Source: Anaerolineae bacterium (GTDB lineage Bacteria; Chloroflexota; Anaerolineae; Aggregatilineales; JAFGMM01). Taken from it: DNA of 56,486 nt. The stretch is taken from the NCBI GenBank assembly GCA_034435135.1, contig DAOTXU010000393.1, forward strand, positions 1 to 56,486, given 5' to 3'. Shown in pieces: positions 52,839-56,486 of the stretch. Below the pieces are notes generated by a model. It was not told where the DNA came from. It was given only the letters and a program-made list of their open reading frames with translations, and did not search any database. Numbering within the stretch: the stretch's first letter is position 1; every line of letters begins with the position of its first letter. Both the position numbers and the translations under genes were made by a program.

Positions 52839-53942
52839 TTACCCAAATACATAAGCGTAGAGTCGTTTTATAGGTAAGCGTTTCGTGACTTCCATGAGCA
52901 GGAGCGGCCCTGCAAGGCCAATTACCGCCATGACCGGCACGTACACCAACGACACACTGCGGATGAAAGGCAGCAGCCCTGCCAGCCGGTTCAACATCCA
53001 CGCGCCGACGGTAATCGCCGCCGCGTGGCTGAGGTAGATGCCGTAGGTCTGGGCGCCGATTTTCTCCAACTGCTGAGCAAAGGGTAGCGTGTTGCGGTCG
53101 AGTGAGAGGAAGAACAACACAAAGAAAATCGCGTATCCCATCGAGGAAAACTTGTTGGGGTTCGACCCCCATCCGTGCCAGCCGATGGCGCGCACGACAA
53201 GCTCGCTTTCCAGGAGGCTCAACGCCCCGAAGACCACCGTCCCGATCCGCAGCGCGCGCCGGTGTCTTTCGAGCCAGGAGCCGATCTTTTTGCTGTGAAA
53301 GCCCAACACCATCCCCAGCGGAAAGTAGAGCGCCCACCATACGAACAGGGCGATGGTTCCATTCCCGCCGTAGCGCGCCAGTTGTTCGTAATCGGCCACG
53401 AAGTAGAGCGGCAGGGTAACGGCGACCTGAATCGCGCCGGTCACTGCCAGCAACCAGACTGGCTTTTGCTTGGCCCACCGCACCATGAACGGCGCCAACA
53501 GATAACACTGCATCAGCAAGGGCGCGAACCAGAGCACGTGGCCGTTGATTGTGAGCCTGAGGTACTCGTCGAGCGAGCGAAGCTCGCCGCTGGAGGCGTA
53601 ACTCAGCGCGAAGTACACCAGCGTCCAGATCAGGTAGGGCCACAACAGATTGAGCACGCGCGTCTTGACGAAACTCCAGCTGACCTTGGGCGGGTCGCCG
53701 CGCGCGACGAACACCACGAAGAAGCCGGAGATCACCAGGAACCCCGGCACCGAGAACAACGCCAACTGCTGGATAACGATATCAAAAACGTAGCTGGGCG
53801 TCGCCATTGCTTCCCAGAAGTTATTCACGGCGAATGAGACGCCGGCTGTTTCAAAAAGCATCCCAACCGCCCGGTGGCTGATGTGGTTGAGCACCACCGC
53901 GATCATCGCCAGCCCGCTGAGGGGCAAGAGCACCCGCCTCAT
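52839..53942 (-). CDS. Acyltransferase-3 family integral membrane O-acyltransferase (OatA/WecH-like)
   Basis: LSGLAMIAVVLNHISHRA start and about 10 helices. ATG 53942 forms an ATGA overlap with the esterase stop. Confidence 0.75.
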   Translation of the reverse strand: MRRVLLPLSGLAMIAVVLNHISHRAVGMLFETAGVSFAVNNFWEAMATPSYVFDIVIQQLALFSVPGFLVISGFFVVFVARGDPPKVSWSFVKTRVLNLLWPYLIWTLVYFALSYASSGELRSLDEYLRLTINGHVLWFAPLLMQCYLLAPFMVRWAKQKPVWLLAVTGAIQVAVTLPLYFVADYEQLARYGGNGTIALFVWWALYFPLGMVLGFHSKKIGSWLERHRRALRIGTVVFGALSLLESELVVRAIGWHGWGSNPNKFSSMGYAIFFVLFFLSLDRNTLPFAQQLEKIGAQTYGIYLSHAAAITVGAWMLNRLAGLLPFIRSVSLVYVPVMAVIGLAGPLLLMEVTKRLPIKRLYAYVFG

Positions 53943-55054
53943 TGCGCCCGCTCTCCAGCTTGAAGTTGCGCGCCAAGCCAGCGCAGCGCTTCCTCCGCGT
54001 TGGCCTGGATAAAGGCCGCTTCGTGTCCGCCGGCCCGGCGGTTAGCGCCTGACGGTTCAACCGTCAACCCGCGCGCCTTCGCCATATCGAGGAACGCCAT
54101 CATGTGCGCGTCGTAGTTGAGCGAGTCCCGGTCGCCAGCCACGATGAAGAAGCGGAAACCGGACACATCGAGGCTCTCATCCGCCAACAATTCGACCGGG
54201 TTGACCGCGCTGAAGCGCTGCCAGGTGGGCAGGTCCCCGTCCCAGACCGGCCCCGGTCGGGTGTCGCTGTTAAAGGGGGTGTAGTACAACCGCTCCAGCG
54301 TCAGCCGCCCGTCGGTTGAGATAATCATCTCCGGGCGGTCCTCTTCGAGGCGCTGGTAGCACGCGGCGTCGTAGTCGGCGATCGGGTCGCCGTTGCAGCT
54401 ATAACGAAAGTCCAGCGTGGGGTAGAAAGCCGCCACGGTCTGGGTGATTTGCGGGTATCTCAGCGCCACGTAGACGGCGCCGAAACCGCCATGCGACTCG
54501 CCGGTGAGCACGGTCCCGGCGGCGTCTTGGCGCACGTTGAAGGTCGTGCGCAGCCAGGGAATCAGCTCGTTCACGATGAAATCCTCGTGGCGGCCCAGGT
54601 TGCTGTTGATGAACCACGTGCCCTTGCCGTCGTCATAATCTGTCTCCGGCAGGTCCTCGCCTGTCCCGCCGATGGAGACATTCGGGAAAGCCGCCACTAC
54701 CGGCGGCAGGTCGCCGGCGGTGATGGCGCGCTCAAGCAGAGGGACGATTACGTCCGCTGCGCGTTGCTCGTTGTCGCCCCAGCCATGGAAGTAAACGAAG
54801 AGCGGGTAAGGATCCGCCTCTGCGTCGTAACCGGGGGGCAGGTAAACGAGCACATCGCGCTTCTGCCCTAAAATCCCGCTCTCGATGCGGCGGTCGCACG
54901 TCTCGCTGAACTGGCCGCTGCATGTGTTGGCGGTGTAGTCCACGACCTGGCCTGGCTGAGTAGCCGGCGTGGGCGTCGGTTCGGGTGTTGCGTTCTGACA
55001 CGCCGTCAGCAGCGCTACAGCAACGAGAACACCCCACATTCTGCCTCTCGCCAT
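53939..55054 (-). CDS. Lipoprotein esterase of the alpha/beta-hydrolase 'putative esterase' family
   Basis: ATG 55054 (GGAAGGGG upstream) gives MARGRMWGVLVAVALLTAC, a lipobox. VYLPPGYDAEADPYPLFVYFHGWGDN and the nucleophile elbow GESHGG. Confidence 0.75.
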   Translation of the reverse strand: MARGRMWGVLVAVALLTACQNATPEPTPTPATQPGQVVDYTANTCSGQFSETCDRRIESGILGQKRDVLVYLPPGYDAEADPYPLFVYFHGWGDNEQRAADVIVPLLERAITAGDLPPVVAAFPNVSIGGTGEDLPETDYDDGKGTWFINSNLGRHEDFIVNELIPWLRTTFNVRQDAAGTVLTGESHGGFGAVYVALRYPQITQTVAAFYPTLDFRYSCNGDPIADYDAACYQRLEEDRPEMIISTDGRLTLERLYYTPFNSDTRPGPVWDGDLPTWQRFSAVNPVELLADESLDVSGFRFFIVAGDRDSLNYDAHMMAFLDMAKARGLTVEPSGANRRAGGHEAAFIQANAEEALRWLGAQLQAGERAQ

Positions 55055-55251
55055 TGCAGTTATCCCCTTCCTTAATGGTGTGTATCGGTTGCGCATGAGC
55101 ACCCTGATCGAGCCGATACAGGCATATAATAGTGCGATATGGTGACTTTCTGGTGAATTATTCCTGAAAATTACCTACTTTCCCTAGAGTTTGATAGAAA
55201 CGGTTTGGATTTTTCGGAAGTCGAGTCATTAAAAGTCAAGCGCACGCGCCT

Positions 55252-55280
55252 TTGACAATCCGCACCCGACACGCTATGCT
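55252..55280 (+). promoter_or_regulatory. Candidate sigma-70-type promoter TTGACA-17-TATGCT that would yield a leaderless mRNA for the CE4 gene
   Basis: ttgaca at 55252-55257, a 17-nt spacer, and tatgct at 55275-55280. ATG 55288 lies 8 nt after the -10 element. No SD is visible before either candidate ATG. Confidence 0.35.
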
Positions 55281-56265
55281 CCCCGCCATGCGCGGAAGGA
55301 CCATTGCTCTTGCCGCCACCCTGACCTGTGTAGCGGCCCTGTTCTCGCTGACCATTCTCTTTGTCACGAGCGCCCTGGCAGCAGCCCAGGCGCTCCCCAC
55401 CCCAACGATCACGCCCACCGCCACACCGCCGTATAAACCCACCCTCACGCCCGCCTTCCCGACCGCCACCGCCACCCGTGCGCTGCTGCTCGCGCCGACT
55501 CTCCCGCCCACTGCCACGCGCGCTCAGCCCACCGAGACGCCCGGCCCCACCTCTGACGGCGTGTGGCGTCATGTGCGCGTGCCCATCCTGATGTACCACT
55601 ACATCAGCACACCGCCGGCCAACGCCGACAATTACCGCGTCAACCTCTCGGTGACGCCCGACCAGTTCCGCGATCAGATGCGCTATCTGGCCGAAAACGG
55701 CTATCACACCGTCACGCTTGACGACGTGCTCTTCGCGTTGAACCAGGGGCGCGCGTTGCCGCCCAAGCCGGTCGTACTCACCTTCGACGACGGCTACACC
55801 GACATCTACAAGAATGCCTTCCCCATCTTGGAAGAGTTCGGCTTCGTGGGCACGTTCTTCATCGTCACCGGCTGGATCGACGAGCGGAACCCGAACTACA
55901 TCTCGTGGGCGCAGGCGCGCGAAATGGCTGAAGCGGGGATGCGCATCGAGTCGCATTCCAAGTCGCACCCCGACCTGACTAACAAACCGCGCGACTTCAT
56001 CGTGTATGAGGTGCTCGGCTCCATCGAGAGCATCGAGGCGCACACGGGCCGCCGCCCACGCTTCTTCTGCTATCCCGCCGGCGCGTTCGACGACAACCTG
56101 ACGGCGATGCTCCCGGAGCTGGGCGTCTGGGGCGCGGTGACGACGCAGCAGGGCACGCGGCACTACTCCGATATGCTTTATACGATGCGGCGCGTGCGCA
56201 TCAGCAATGATACCAGCCTGGCGCAGTTCGCCGCGCTCCTGGGGTGGGGCAAGGAGGGCGACTGA
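55276..56265 (+). CDS. Membrane-anchored polysaccharide deacetylase (CE4, NodB homology domain) with a PT-rich linker
   Basis: ATG 55276 or 55288 (MRGRTIALAATLTCVAALFSL). VLTFDDGYTD, ESHSKSHPDL and RFFCYPAGAF are CE4 motifs 1-3. The 379-aa antisense ORF is rejected. Confidence 0.85.
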   Translation: MLPAMRGRTIALAATLTCVAALFSLTILFVTSALAAAQALPTPTITPTATPPYKPTLTPAFPTATATRALLLAPTLPPTATRAQPTETPGPTSDGVWRHVRVPILMYHYISTPPANADNYRVNLSVTPDQFRDQMRYLAENGYHTVTLDDVLFALNQGRALPPKPVVLTFDDGYTDIYKNAFPILEEFGFVGTFFIVTGWIDERNPNYISWAQAREMAEAGMRIESHSKSHPDLTNKPRDFIVYEVLGSIESIEAHTGRRPRFFCYPAGAFDDNLTAMLPELGVWGAVTTQQGTRHYSDMLYTMRRVRISNDTSLAQFAALLGWGKEGD

Positions 56266-56278
56266 TTCCGGCCTCTTG

Positions 56279-56323
56279 GAGCCTATCCGCAAAAGGTCGG
56301 ACAAGGGCATCAGCCTCTTGTCC
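56279..56323. repeat. Partial MITE/REP copy: left arm gagcctatccgcaaaagg plus hairpin ggacaagggcatcagcctcttgtcc
   Basis: Lies 14 nt after the CE4 stop. The left arm matches the 4067 MITE arm in 11 of 13 positions. No inverted right arm is present before the IS end at 56357. Confidence 0.5.
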
Positions 56324-56356
56324 GGGATGATGGGGACGTTTTGGCGGCAATTTCTT

Positions 56357-56486
56357 AGAGCCTATCCGAATAACCCGGCAGCGCGAAAGGCGATGAGGGC
56401 GCAGGCAAAATGAAGGAAGGCAAGATAGTGCTCCGGTTTCTTCTCCCAGCGCACCAGGAGGCGGCGAAAGCGGTTGAGCCAGCTAT
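56357..56486 (-). mobile_element. Terminal about 130 bp of an IS5-family (IS4/IS5 DDE) insertion sequence, continuing beyond the window
   Basis: Terminal 14-mer agagcctatccgaa at 56357-56370 is identical to the MITE arms. The transposase C-terminus is encoded on the minus strand and ends inside this repeat. Confidence 0.6.
56362..56486 (-). CDS. 3' end (last 40 codons) of an IS5-family DDE transposase; 5' part outside the window
   Basis: My own reverse-strand translation from 56484 reads SWLNRFRRLLVRWEKKPEHYLAFLHFACALIAFRAAGLFG, with TAG at 56362-56364. This NRFRR..(R/Y)(W/Y)EK...NYLA..H.ACA pattern is the conserved C-terminal block of IS5/IS4-type transposases. It is absent from the ORF track because no start lies in the window. 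Confidence 0.65.
   Translation of the reverse strand, partial: SWLNRFRRLLVRWEKKPEHYLAFLHFACALIAFRAAGLFG

Noticed and set aside
55171-56310. 379-aa minus-strand ORF opposite the CE4 deacetylase
   Set aside because: The plus-strand frame carries all three CE4 motifs. The antisense product is Arg/Gly-rich (GGGGREGGREGG) with no recognisable domain.
56207-56413. 68-aa plus-strand ORF spanning the CE4 3' end, half-MITE and IS terminus
   Set aside because: It crosses three unrelated elements. The minus-strand frame at 56362-56486 encodes a conserved transposase C-terminus instead.
1-56486. Search by eye for rRNA, tRNA, CRISPR arrays or long tandem repeats
   Set aside because: No regularly spaced direct repeats and no tRNA-like GGTTCGAATCC T-arm context in the intergenic regions. 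All gaps longer than 150 bp are accounted for by MITE/REP copies or AT-rich promoter-like DNA. Confirm with tRNAscan-SE, Infernal and a CRISPR finder.

Overview
56.5-kb high-GC bacterial window. Hand-counted 60-nt lines are mostly about 65-75% GC, with several 43-53% islands. Protein styles (PT-rich linkers, LysM surface proteins, many GT-C membrane glycosyltransferases, a possible leaderless start) suggest a monoderm Chloroflexota-like genome; this is inference only. Left 14 kb, plus strand: the 3' part of a GT-C-like gene, two tandem LysM/CBM-like surface paralogs, a GNAT, an acyl-CoA ligase, a 1066-aa all-helical orphan and a 1150-aa secreted double-propeller protein. From 14.2 to 55.1 kb, 31 co-directional minus-strand genes form a glycan-assembly supercluster. 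It holds a WbaP-type initiating phosphotransferase, five GT4, four GT2 plus one GT2 remnant, Wzx, a Wzy-like polymerase and a PCP/BY-kinase carrying an extra C-terminal HTH. It also holds a B12-radical SAM enzyme, two AsnB-like amidotransferases lacking the N-terminal Cys, and a processive QxxRW synthase coupled to a CE4 deacetylase and WecB. A polyprenyl-P GT2 with three or four GT-C membrane proteins, a BNR propeller, an acylation/esterase module, a sugar kinase/nucleotidyltransferase pair and GalE complete it. Right end: a divergent CE4 deacetylase and the last ~130 bp of an IS5-family element. The 14-bp terminus of that IS is identical to the terminal inverted repeats of a 80-bp MITE at 4067-4146. 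A related GGCTTAAGCC-centred palindrome recurs eight times, always just 3' of a stop codon. I saw no rRNA, tRNA or CRISPR array by eye. All family assignments rest on motifs read from the translations; no database search was run.
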